Source of the DNA: Azolla caroliniana
Taxonomy: Eukaryota > Plantae > Polypodiophyta
NCBI GenBank assembly: GCA_043228905.1
Contig: JBHGNT010000014.1
Location: forward strand, 15,066,001-15,130,000
Reading direction: 5' to 3'
Length of the DNA: 64,000 nt
The notes beneath the pieces are model-generated. The model was not told where the DNA came from, made no database searches, and saw nothing but the letters and a program-made list of their open reading frames with translations. Each line of letters begins with the position of its first letter. The first letter of the stretch is position 1. Both the position numbers and the translations under genes were made by a program. This document shows, piece by piece, positions 39,298 through 52,120 of this stretch.

Positions 39298-41848
39298 CAC
39301 AATCCGGAAGGATGTCATCTTGACCATCGGGGCAAAGATCTTGTCAGAATCCACACCTTTCTTCTATTGGAAGCCCTTCACCACAATATGGGCGTTGTAC
39401 CTCGGTGGATTTCGGGCATTTCCCGGTTTTAGCTTGTATACCCACTTGTTCATATGTGTGGTTCTTTTGGCAGCTCTGTCAGTTCATATGTGTGGTTCTC
39501 ATGTAGGGAATCCATCTTATCGTGCATGTCACTTAACCACTTGTGGATGTGAGTGTCTTTCTTTGCTTCCTCGAAGCTTTCTGGCTCCCCTTCGTGGGTC
39601 ATTAAAACATGCTCTGCATCCGGAAATCTCTAGGGGGCTCTTCTCTCTCTAAGAGGATATCTTGTTCCTTTGTTCTCTACCACCGGTTATTTAGTCAGTT
39701 CGTCATCCGAATCCGATTCGGGGTCTTGACCGGTTTCAGCATCCAGTCCTTCTTCGTTCATTTCGGATCCTTGTTCGAATCCGGCCGGTTCACTATGGTC
39801 TTCGGCTGACATTCGGCTTCTGACCGGATGGATCCTTGCATCTTCCAACCGATCTCTGTCGATTGACCTAGAGGATGATATCTTCTTCTTCGATTCCTAG
39901 TCGGCGATGGTCTTTTCTTCCATAAAGACTATGTCCCTACTCGGGATCACTTTCTTTTCGGCTAGGCTCCACAATCGGTAGCTAAACTCATCATCACCAT
40001 ATCCAAGGAATATGCATGGCCGAGATTTCGAGTCTAATCTCCCCTGTTTTTCCTTTGCGATATGCACATAGGCAAGACAACCAAATGCCTTCAGATGCCA
40101 ATAAGACACATCTTTACCGGTCCATACTCTTTGTGGTGTGTCTCCATCCAAGGGTGCTAAGGGTGATCTATTTATCAAGTATGTCATCATCATCAACGCC
40201 TCAACCCAAAACGTCTTGGACAACTTGGCATGTGCACGCATACTCCGGACTCTCTCAATTATGGTTCGGTACATTCTCTCAGTTAATCCGTTTAGCTGTA
40301 GTGTCTTTGTCACGGTGAATTCGAGTTGGATTCCCTTTTAACGAGTACTCCTGAAACTATCCTCGATACTCTCCACCGTTATCGGCTCGAATCGTCTTCA
40401 ACTTCTGACCGGTTTCTCTTTCTACTCTTGCATGGAACTCCTTGAAGACGGAAAATACATGGTCCTTCGTCTTCAACGTGGAGACCCAAAACTTTCGACT
40501 GTGGTCAGCTATGAATGTCACAAAGTACTACGATCCGATGTCGTGAACAATTTCGGCAATAGTGTGAAACTTGTGAAGAATATACAAAATCAAGTATGAA
40601 TAATATAAAACAATAATAGTGAAAATACTATTTTAAATAAGTTTAATATCTTAGTACAAAAAGATGGAGGTCTTTAAGAGCGTTCGAATGCACTTTACTA
40701 CATAAGAAATGAACATCTAAGTCTCAAGTTATATGGGTAGGAAGTTTGCAAAGGAAAAGAGAAAGATAAAACTGTGAGATATCTCACATAGACAGGACAA
40801 ATAAGGAAATCACCATATATATGGCAGAGCAAAAGCTATTATCTTTGTATTTATGTGTGGAGCATAGAGAGTTCAAGGTGACTTGAACTAAGCTTATTGG
40901 ATGAGTGGGTGTGGACTAGCTATTTGTAAAGCTTTTGGCCAACCAAAACCGGCAGCAACCGGTGACGGAGCTGGTGAGCCGACAACAACCGGCAGTGGAG
41001 GCGGTGACACTGGATCCGGTGACGGAACCGGTGATCGGCATCCGGCGAGGTTTTGGCCAACCAAAACCAGCGACTGATGACCGACATCCGGCGAGGGATC
41101 CGGTGACAGACGGTGACCGGCATCCGGCGACGCATCTGGTCATGGACGGTGATGGCATCCAGCGACCTCAGGATGCGTACCAAACCGGCTCGGGATGCGA
41201 ACTGAACTGGGACAAATCGAACGGATGCAAATCGGTTGGGTCGGTTGATCGTGGTGCATGGTGTTTTAAAGATATTTGGTCCAAAAGCCTAATTGTATTT
41301 TGTGCTTTAAAAAGGATGCAAGCAAGACTGGAACCTTGCACCTCCAAGATAGGAGGCAATAGACTTACCACTAGACTATGTCATTTTCTTAGAAATGTTT
41401 TTCCTATCATTATAGTTTTCATGTAAATTCTTATATTAGAGCTTGATTGGATGCATCACATGCATTCCATGCATTGTATGCATGTCTTGTACCCTCACAT
41501 GCATCATATGCATGGGAGCATCTATAAAAGGATGGATGAAAAAGATCAAAAGGGATGCTATGTATTATTCAAGAATTTAAGAAGAAGAAAATTCGTTCTC
41601 CAATTGATGGTGTATCTTGTTTCTTAAATCTAAAGTCAAGGGTCCAACCTTAATCTCTCTCTATCTCTCTCACGCCATATCAATCTCTCTCGACCTAAAG
41701 TCAAGCGTTTAAATCTCTCTCTCTTTTAAACTATCTGAAATCCTTTCTCGCTAAAGTTAGTGCAAACTTCGAATCCTTCCAGTCTAGAACCCCGGTGGTT
41801 CCGCCTCACGATCCGCGCTTAGTGACGGATCTTCACGACATAATTAAG

Positions 41849-41866
41849 TGGTGAACCCGACGTGAA
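41849..41866 (+). promoter_or_regulatory. Primer-binding site of F, complementary to the tRNA-Trp 3' end
   Basis: TGGTGAACCCGACGTGAA is the reverse complement of TTCACGTCGGGTTCACCA, the plant tRNA-Trp(CCA) 3' end as I recall it; 8-nt spacer after the LTR. Confidence 0.8.
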
Positions 41867-42742
41867 AGAGGTGGCAGGAAGGATCAAATCGAGGATCAAC
41901 CGATACTTGGAGATGGCATCCTCAAGCAACCAAGCGGGAGAGTTCGAAAGGATGATGCTGATCGTCGAACAAATGATGAGATCTCGAGACAACGATGCGA
42001 GCGTGGAGAAGGGTGTCAACCGTGTCGTTGAGCTCGAGGGTCAATTTGACGGAAGGAACATTACGAAGTTCCTTGATGCATATAGAAGGGAGATGAATCA
42101 GAGGGACGTGTCTAAAGCGCATCAAATCACGAGTTTCAAGAGAGTGGTCGCCAACAACATCCAAAGGCGTGTCATCGAGCTTCAAGAAGGGAAGACAACG
42201 AGGTCGGAGTTCGAGAAAGCGATATTAGCGGAGTTCGCGACAGAAGATTTGTCGAGGATGACTCAACATACCTTGATGAAGTGGATAGAAAAGAAGAATA
42301 AGAAGATGAGCGCCTTGAGGGTGTACGACGAATTCGACCAAATGTTTCGTCGTATCCCCGCCATAGACCAAGTGCTACTTGAGGAGGACAAAACTTTGTA
42401 CTTCCTAAAGGCTGTGGATATAAAGGATAGACGAGAATTGGGTACTCTCCTCAAAGATGATGCCCAAACGAACAGGCTTGTGGCGGATTGGGTTGCAGTG
42501 AAGCGAGCATGCAATAGGCTCGACAAGCATTGTCAGTGGGTTGATGACACCGACTTGGCGGGATCGACTGTCGCGGAGAAAACAAGACAACCGAAAGTAG
42601 ATGAGCCGCCCAAACATAGTAGCTCAGAAGAAAAGAAGATTGAATACAACATCATCGAAGAGCTAGCGAAGAAGTTCGAGACGGTCACGCTAGCCAACAT
42701 GAATCGTTGGGGCCCCAAAGGAAAAGAACCCTTTAGATGCGT

Positions 42743-45700
42743 TGTCACGAAAATACGATGAGGATACGTGAACTTGAGGTAGGACCCTAGGGCCTCCGAC
42801 TAGAGGATATCAGTTTCGTATGTTTATATTAAACAATTAATGGAAATAAGAAAGATTGACAAATTTCATTAACAAAGGAAAAGAAAGATTACAATAAATC
42901 CCAAGATTGGAATTACAAAAGTTTAGCTTATGGAGATTACTAGAATAATAGATTAGAAGAAACTAAATATGGATTCAATAGAAATTTAGGGTTTTTGGCT
43001 TTCATAAGAGATTTTATATTTTGAGAGATATGGCTTCCGTAGGGAAAATTAGGGTTTATGAGAGATATGGCTCCGATAAGATAAGGGAGCTTAGAAGGAA
43101 AATAAAAATAAAAATGGAGAGAGATCCCGAGTGTAGGAAAAAAAATGGAATATATATGGAGTTCTCCGTTGATCATAGCCTTCAATGTTTCTTTGCATGC
43201 CCAGTTTTAGTTGCATGGCTTTTTCTTTTAGTTGCATGCGACCACATGGCCTTTACTTTAGTCTCTTTTACTTTACTTTAATTTGCTACATGATCCTATC
43301 ATCCATCCGTCTCAATCACCGCCCATCAAATCCGTCCGTCTCGATCACTGCCCATCCAATCCATCCGGTCCGCGTCCAACCTTGTCCAATCGCCGGTTCC
43401 GCCCAATCACCAGTTCCGTTAGGTCGTTGGTTATCGGATGCGCCTGGTTTCCAACTCCATCCGATTGCCGGTTTCGCCGGTTTCGCCGGTTTCGGTTTGC
43501 TTACCGGTCGGTTCTGGATTACTTACCGACCGGTTCCGAATTGTTTACCGACCGGTTCCGGTTTTCTTTTCGGTTGGTTCCGGTTTGCTTACCGGACGGT
43601 TCCTGATTGCTTTTCGGCTGGTTTCGGATTGCTTACCGACCGGTTCTGGTTTGATTACCGGTCGGTTCCAGATTGCTTTCCGGCCGGTTCCAATTTGGTT
43701 TTCGGCTTACCGGCCAATTTCGAATTGATTTCCGACCGATTCCTGTTCCATTACCGACCGGTTCCATTTTATTGCCAGTCGGTTTTTTGGGAACTTGGCC
43801 TTCCGGTTTGGTTTCCGATCGGTTCCAATTTGGTTTTCGGCGTACCGGCCAATTCCAAATTGATTTCTGGCTGATTCTGGTTCCATTACCGACTAGTTCC
43901 ATTTTATTGCCAGTCGGTTTTGGGAACTTGGCCTTCCGGTTTGGTTTCCGACCGGTTCCAATTTGGTTTTCGGCTTACCGGCCGATTCCGAATTTATTTC
44001 TGGCCGATTCCGGTTCCATTTTAATACCCAATCGGTTTTTGGGAACTTGACCACATTCATCCATCTAGACAAAGTGGCCAAAGTGCTCTTAGCACAAATA
44101 AAAAATAAGGGATCTCAATGTGCTTATATAGCCAGGGCCTTAAATTTCCTATTTATGTGGGATAAATCATAGTTCTATTTTCCCTATCTTCTCAAACTTC
44201 ATGTTCTGATAACTTGATATGTAGTTGTCCATTTTGTATCTAGTAAAATGCGTTTTGAATCTCTTGAGTACATTTATCTTCCTATAACAAGCTACTAATC
44301 TAATCTAAAATAATTTGTTTACATAGTGTGTGAAGATTCACACGACATTCGCCCCCACCAAACCTGCACATCCACCAGTATGTGCCAATTTCGGTGAGGC
44401 TCCACTTTTGTTTACTATACTTTTCCATCGATGTACCCGAATTGCCATTGCCATTGCCATCAGATCCACCATATTCTTTGTCCACTCTTTGCATTTCCAT
44501 GACCAATTGTCATGGCTCTCTTTGCTCCTCTAGAGCATAATGCTTCACTCCTTATGCATGTGCCACCTTCATCTCGGCCATCTCCTTGGTCATCTAATTT
44601 TCTTTCATCATCTTTCTTGTTCCATACATGCCTTTCGAAGGCCTTATCGAAATACTATTCTTGAGTACTCTTAGTGATTCGTTCTTTAGTGGCATGCTCT
44701 CCTCTAGGTCCTTAAGTGACCACATCGCATGTTTCCCACTTTGTCCACTTTTGTGGTATACTCTCGTCTTGGAGTTGATTATGACTTCTACACTAGTATT
44801 ATCCTTGTTAGATTTTGTGATCACATCTTTCATATTCGCTTGGCCCACTTGGCCCATATCTTTGCTTTTTGAGGTTTGCTTTGTCTCTTTGTCGCACACA
44901 TTAGCTTTTGTCTTCGTGCTTTGCTTGAGCTCTTTATCGCACACATGGAATTTCGTCATTTTGCTTTGCTTTACGTCCTTGTTGCACACATTGTCTTTAA
45001 CCCTTGTTTCCTCGCCGCCACCGTCCTTCGCTTGGGTCTTACATCGGTTAATGCCCAAGTCTCTCAAACGATTGTGGAGGAATTTTGCAGTTTGGCATTG
45101 CCTTTGTCATGCTACCATTAGCCACTTCCACCTTATGGTTGTCCACATTGGCTTTGACCTTTGTTTCTTGGCCTCTACCTTCTGTCTCTTGGGTCTTACA
45201 TCGGTTAATGCCCAAGTCTCAAGAACCTTTGTGGGGAAAGTCTCTTCATGATCGTCTTCTACCCTCTTCGGCTTGATGTCTCCTTCTTCTTCGCTTGTGT
45301 TAGCCTCAGCCTTCACTTCCTCGCCGCCACCTTCCGTCTCTTGGGTCTCACGTTTGCTTTCCGACGCATCTACCCAAGTCTCTAGAACAAGTGTGGAGAA
45401 AGTCTTGATGCGAGCATCCGCCATTGATTGGTCCTTAGCCACCTCTAACTCGATGTCGTTTCTCATGGCTACCTCCTCAATCATGTTGAGCTCACACTTT
45501 TTATCTCCCTTGATCATGCAAGCTTTGCTCATGCTTGCACCTTCATCACTTGATGTTTCAGACACGATGTGTGTTTCGAAACATTTTCCCTTGCTTGAAG
45601 TGGCATTCGCCACCCTCGATTCATTCGTTTCATTCTTCATCGTTGTTTCTTTGCAAGACGAGAAGGCGTCTTGTTCCACACCTTCTCCCGTGGTGTTGTC

Positions 45701-47546
45701 GTACCGAACTTGGGCCTTTGTATTGGCCGTATCATTACTCCACCTTTGTTGGGAAGTCTCTTCTTCCTTGATAACCATTTTAATCGGTTTTGGTTTCATT
45801 ATAAGATTCTCTTTGGCCTTGACTTGCACCTTTAAATTCTCATATGCCTCGTTTATGAAGGCCTCTATGTCGAGTACCATCGAACCTTCCCTCTTCAAGC
45901 TCTCTTCTTTAGTTGGTAGTTTGCAGTTGCTTCTTGTCCTCCTTTCACCATCCGTTGTGGATTGTGTTGTTGATAAAAATCTTGTCTTCCTCTTATCGTG
46001 TAGTTGAAATACTGTTTCCACTTTCGTCCAATCCTCGGTGAGGCCATTTGCACCATCATCATCCTCAAGTCGAATTCCAATGGCCTTCCTTTCCTTCCAA
46101 TCGATTGACTTCACAAACATTAGGACTTTTCCACCCCCACCAATCTTTGATCCCGCTCCGAGAGTTGTGCAAAGTCAATGAAAGCATGCATGGCACTTTG
46201 GTGGGTCTTTAATGATGATAGCCATTGGCCGAACTCGTATAGACTGCATCTCTTCGGCTCTTTGTATCTATATGCCTCCATGAGATATCCTCCTACTGCC
46301 TCGTTTCATGTTGGGTTCACCAAAGATGTTGCGAAAATACGACGAGGATACGTGAACTTGAGGCAGGACCCCGGGGCCTCCGACCAGAGAATATCAAATT
46401 CGTGTGTTTATGTACTAAGAATTAACCAAAATAAGAAAGATTGACAAATTTCATTAATAAATAGAAAGAAAGATTACAATTAATCCCAAGATTGGGATTA
46501 AAAAAAAGTTTAGCTAATGGAGATTGCTAGAGTAATAGATTAGAAGAATTTGAGATATGGATTCGATAGAAAAATAGGGTTTTTTGGCTTTGATAAGCGA
46601 TTATGGTTTATGAGTTCAATAGCTTCCGTATGGAAAATTTTGCAATTATGAGTGATAGATCCCCTAAGAAAATTCAGATTCTCCCTTTTTCTCTCTCACC
46701 CATACACTTGCATGAAGGAATTTCAGTTTGCATCTCCCATCCCTTTTGCATGCATTCCACATGGCGTTTTTACTTTTGTTGCATGATCTCTCCCCTTTTT
46801 CCTTTCATGCCTTCCATATGATCTTTACTTTATGCATGCCCTCCAACTTTAGTTGCATGCATCCACATGGCCTTTACTTTAGTTTCCTTTACTTTACTTT
46901 AATTAGCCACATGATCCTATCATCTATCCATCTTGATCGCCGCCCATCCAATCCGTTCGGTTCGCGTCTAGCCTCGTCCGGTCGCCGGTTTCGCCCGGTT
47001 TCCCACTCCATCGAATTGTTGGTTTCGCTGGTTTCGTTTTAATTACTGGCTGGTTCCGGTTTGCTTACCGACCGGTTCCAATTTGGTTTCTGGCTTACCG
47101 GCCGGTTCTGAATTGATTTCCAGCTGGTTCCAGTTTGCTTACCAACCGGTTCCACTTTGGTTTCCAGTTTACCAACCAATTCCGAATTGATTTGCAACCA
47201 GTTCCATTTTACTGCCAATCGGTTTTTGGGAACTTGGCCACATTCATCCATCTATACAAAGTGGCCAAAGTGCTCTTAGTACAAATGAAAAATAAGGGAT
47301 CTCAATGTGCTTATATAGCCAGGGCCTTAAATTTCCTATCTATGTGGGATAAATCATAGTTCTATTTTCCTTATCTTCTCAAACTTCATGTCCACATAAC
47401 TTGATATGTAGTTGCCCATTTTCTATGTAATAAAATGCATTTTGAAGCTCTTGAGTACATCCATCTTTCCATATCAAGACACTAATCTAATCTAAAATAA
47501 TTATTTCATTATTTTTTTTACATAGTGTGTGAAGATTCACACGACA
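42743..47546 (-). mobile_element. Non-autonomous Gypsy G (related to F, partial gag only)
   Basis: LTRs 42743-44347 and 46327-47546; 4-bp TSD GCGT; Trp-type PBS (reverse complement at 46305-22); PPT (reverse complement, from 44348) like F; ~2-kb interior with no recognisable PR/RT/RH/INT. Confidence 0.9.
44594..46282 (-). pseudogene. Partial gag followed by a charged low-complexity ORF inside G
   Basis: MFVKSIDWKERKAIGIRLEDDDGANGLTEDW aligns with F gag FLKAVDIKDRRELGTLLKDDAQTNRLVADW; downstream E/K/T-rich repeats (ORFs 46120-45107 and 45067-44594). Confidence 0.7.
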
Positions 47547-50500
47547 GCGTGTGGTGCGATAGCATGGACCACATGAGAACGGATTGCTTGAGCCTTTGAG
47601 AGGCGATCCGACAAAATATCGTATACATGGATGACAACATGATCTGCTCGACTGAAACTCGAAGACCCGTACGAGTGAATTTCGGAAGAGGGGGAATGAA
47701 GAAATCTATGGAAGATGTTGAGATGACTCATGTTGAGAAAATATCATATACATGGATGACAACATGATCTGCTCGACTGAAACTCGAAGACCCATGTGGA
47801 TGAATTTCGGAAGAGGGGGAATGAAGAAATCTATGGAAGATGTTGAGATGACTCATGTGGATGCGATGCACTATGCTGCAACGGCTAGAATAAGAGTCAG
47901 GAAAGACAAAAATGAAGTTGCGAAAGTGGGAGCAAAGTTTTGGTTTTCTATTCTCGAGTATGAGAAGATGGGGAAGGTCACATTGAACGAGGTAGAGCTT
48001 GTGGACCGAAGTGTGCAAAGCATAACCGGGTGGTCGGATCCGGTGAATGACAACACCATACGCGCGGAAGTGATGTGCGACAACCACGAGGTGATCGTCG
48101 AAGAAAAGAGAAAAAGAATAGAAGAGCAAGGCCCATAAAAAAGACATGAAACAAGGAACGCGAAAAAGAAAGGAGATGCAGAAACGAGTCGATCTTTACA
48201 AATGGAGGAAGGAGACGCTAGCCGAAAAGCGGAGTCGAGCAAATGAGCAAAGAAACGGTTCGGCCCGTGAAGATTGGTGTCGAAGACCCCGCTCGGAAGA
48301 CAAGGACTATGCCTACCTATAAGCTAAGGTCGGACGTAGAGCAAATGACAGACCTGAAGAAGATTCTCGAGGAACACGTTCTTGATAGCCACGTAACTTT
48401 GTCCTTGAGGGAACTATTCGGCATTATGAAGGAGTTCCATGACACGATCGTGGACCTTGTAAAAAGAAAGAGGCAACAATCTGACGAGGAAGAAGAGAAG
48501 CCACAAAGAGCAAAAACAAATGACATAACGATGGCAAGAGATGAAGTCAATGAAGATATGATGGACAACCACTATACTCGACCTCATTGGGCACGAGCGA
48601 CAATGGAGACGCCGGTGAAGATCGGGGAGAAGAAAAAGACCGTGGTAGCCTTGATCGACCATGGCTCGGAGATCAACCTCATGTCAACCGAGTTCTACAA
48701 AAAAGGAAGATGGGCAATCAATACAAACCACGGATGGAAGATTTGAGCGGCAACAAAGTCTACGGAGGACTTGTACGGAACTTGTCCCAATGTTAAAGTC
48801 ACGATCAGGGATGTGGAGATGAATCAACACTTCTTCGTACAAGAATTAGCGTCGTATCATGTCATCCTAGGACAATCGTATATCACATCATCTTGGATGG
48901 AGACCAAGGTGTTCGATAATGGAGCAGCCTTCGCGCGAATCAAGAGTCTTGACAATCAAAGATCTGTTCAATTCCTAACAGTGCAAGCTAATCATGAAAG
49001 AAATCGAGATAGTCTTGGAGGTGACTCCTTGGATTTTTAGAGCGGACTATTGAAGCATGGGGCAAAAATAGTTCGAGCAATCACAAGTCCCCACAAGAAA
49101 GTAGAGCACGTGGATTGCGAGGAGAAGCAACATGTGTAACGCCTAGTGGCGCATGTAAACTAGTACTACCCGACAAGAAGGACAAGCGTCGGATACAAGA
49201 CTTCGAGAAGATGCTAAAAGAAGAAAACATAATAGAAGAAGAAGAGATCGTGACTCATATTATGGAAGAAGCCTCATTTAACGACACCATCGGCGAAATC
49301 GAGGAAGTCATGGCCTTGAGTTATCTACACGATCATCGTGTGATTTCAATTAGCTCCATCAACATGTACGCTATCATCGATGAATACCATCGTGGTATCT
49401 TGATGGAGGAAGCTAAAGTCATGGCCTTGAGTTATCTACACGATCATCGTGTGATTTCAGTTAGCTCCATCAACATGTATGCTATCATCGATGAATACCA
49501 TCGTGGTATCTTGATGGAGGAAACTGAAGTCAACACAAAATATAAAACGGTGGATAAGAAGATCAAGCCAGTTGCGATTCCGCTACCGGAAGATAGCTAG
49601 CAAAAGATGAAGGAAGTCGCTAATGATCCAAGCTTAAGAGATCCGAAGATAATAGGTCATGTCTTCACCGAAGAGACGAAGGGAAAGCTACGAGTTGGAA
49701 GGGAGGATTTCCTCCTCCTTGAAGAAGAACAAATGTTTCACGACATGCTTGAGAGACATGGGAAGGCTTTCGCATTTTTCCCACAAGAAATCGGATGTGC
49801 TGATCCAAGGACGATAGAGCCGATGGTGATCTTCACAGTGCCGCACGTACCTTGGAATTTGAAACTGATAGCGGTTTCGAGAGCACACCTACCGAAATTG
49901 ATCGAGCTCTTAAAGGAGAAGGTGAATATGGGAATTCTGGAACCGTCAAATGCTCCTTATTCTAATAGGTGGTTCACGGTGCCGAAGAAGAATGGATCAT
50001 TGCGATTCATCCAAGATCTTCAACCTGTCAACAAGGTGATAATTCGGAATGTTGGAATCGGTCCGAGCGTGGACGAATTTGCCGAAGCGTTTGCAGGGCA
50101 GTCCATCTACTCCATTGGCGATCTCTACTCTGGATACGACCAATTCCAGTTGGCGATCAACAGTTGTGACATTACAACCATGAGAACTCTAATCGGGCTT
50201 GTGCGGATGTGTACCTTACCTCAAGGTGCAACGAACTCGATGGCTCATTTGGTGAATGCCATGAACAAGGTCTTGAAGGATTGCATTCCGGACATCACGA
50301 TGCCGTTCTTGGATGATATTCCGATAAAAGGATGTTCGGATGATGAGAAAGATGAATCAAAAGATAAGGAAGGATGTAGAAAGTTCTTCGCAGATCATAT
50401 GAAAGATTGTGAGAAGGTGCTCCAAAGACTCGAAGATGCAAATTTGACATTTTCGGGAGAAAAATCCGCATTTGGGCAACCATAGATCTTGGTGGTAGGT

Positions 50501-52120
50501 CACTTGTGCGGAGCATACGGCCGAAAGCCTTTGCCATCCAAGGTGAATGCGATCCAGGATATGAAAGAAGAATACGTAAACCAAATGGAGGTTCTAAGGT
50601 TCCTTGGAGCATGCACGTTTTACTATATCTGGATTTTGCACTACACCCATGTCGCCAAGCCTTTATATGGATTTCTAAAGAAAAGAATGAAGTTCGAATG
50701 GCGAGACGATCACACAAACATGATGCGAAGATTGAAGAAACTACTTCTTGAAGCTCCAGCACTAAGAAAGGCCAACTATACCGAAGGGAAGCTGATTTAT
50801 GTGACTGTAGATACGAGCCCAACCGGAATCGGGTGGGTCATCAACCAAGAAGGAAAAGATAATGCGCGGTATGCCATTCGGTTCGGAGCAAAGGTTCTCA
50901 ACAAAGGACAACAAAGATACGCCCAAGTCAAGCGGGAACTTTGGGGTATTGTGTCGGCAAGGAAGACGAACAAAGACTACCTGATCGGGTCGGAAGTAAT
51001 ACTTGAGACAGATTGTCTCCCAATCCTTGGGATGATCTCAGGATGTGCGACACTAGATCTAGCTATGCTAAGGTGGATCGCCTATATCAAGTCTTTAAAC
51101 CCAAAGATCTGCCATATTGCAGGGAAGAAGAACGCCATGGATGACATGCTGTTGAAGGCAAGATTTGAGAATGAAAGTGACATGGTTTCGGAAGATGAAG
51201 ACGTCACCCTCGACTTCTTCAAGATGGCTTGACTATAGGAGGAAGACAAGGACACGCTAACCCTCCATGCCTTCAACGAGGACAAGTACGAAGGAGAGTG
51301 GTTACTAATCGGCCAATTCCTAAAAACAATGACGACGGATGCTTCGTTGACGAAGGAGGAGGCTCTATGAATCCGGAAGAAAGCTTACCAATACTTCTTG
51401 AAGGGAGGCTTCCTTTGGCAACACCCAAAAAGAAGGACAAGAATACCACGTCGAGTGGTGGTGAAGAAAGAAGAGCAAGTGATGCTAATGACCGAATTCC
51501 ACGAGAGTGCCTGGGCAGGTCATGGAGGAACATGGGTGACGTTCGAGAAGTTAAAGCAGAAGTACTAGTGGCCAAGCATAAACAAAGATGTACTCCATTT
51601 CGTCCACATGCGAAACATGCCAAGTACATTCGAATATACGTCATCGTGATGAGCTACGACCGACATACCCGCTCACCATACACTTCAAATGGATTGTGGA
51701 TCTGGTCTCAATGCCAATGGGAGTGGGACAAATGAAGTACTTAGCTCTGGCAAGAGAAGACTTGAAAAATCAAGTGGAAGGACTGGCCTTGACCGATAAG
51801 ACGACGTCGGTTGTTTGCAAATTTCTACTCGAAGAGGTTGTCTGCCGATACGGATGTGGGGGAAAGATAGTCACCGACCGAGGGGACTTGGATGCACACG
51901 AAGCAACGGAGATTTTCGAACGACTAGGCGTGAAGCTCTCCCTCACGACTGCCTACAATCAGGAAGCGAATGGGAAGATTGAGCGAGGGCATGGACCTAT
52001 TGTTGGGAAACAGGTCCCTCCGGATGGGAAGGAAGAAGAACAGTGCCGACGAACGGTATGAGGAGTACCCGGCTACGGAGAGCTGGATGATACAGGCCCG
52101 GTGTGAATCGGATGAGTAGT

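Larger units (their letters stand above)
27478..40538 (-). mobile_element. Old, fragmented Tnt1/Tork-like Copia C, host of later insertions: 3' LTR 27478-28008, RNase H 28019-28516, RT scrap 33568-33627, RT/INT 39298-40538
   Basis: tgtaagg...cccaaca LTR next to a reverse-complement PPT aactccccctt; coding pieces collinear with the E/H/I pol; 5' part not seen, probably beyond Gypsy F. Confidence 0.75.
41913..49040 (+). pseudogene. F ORF1 gag-protease (41913-42742 plus 47551-49040), interrupted by G
   Basis: FDGRNITKFL gag; zinc knuckle CVWCDSMDHMRTDC restored on removing G; ALIDHGSEINLM aspartic protease; ends LDF*. Confidence 0.88.

Noticed and set aside
43185-44050. Long ORFs within the G LTR
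   Set aside because: Produced by stop-poor ccggtt tandem repeats; not conserved in the other LTR
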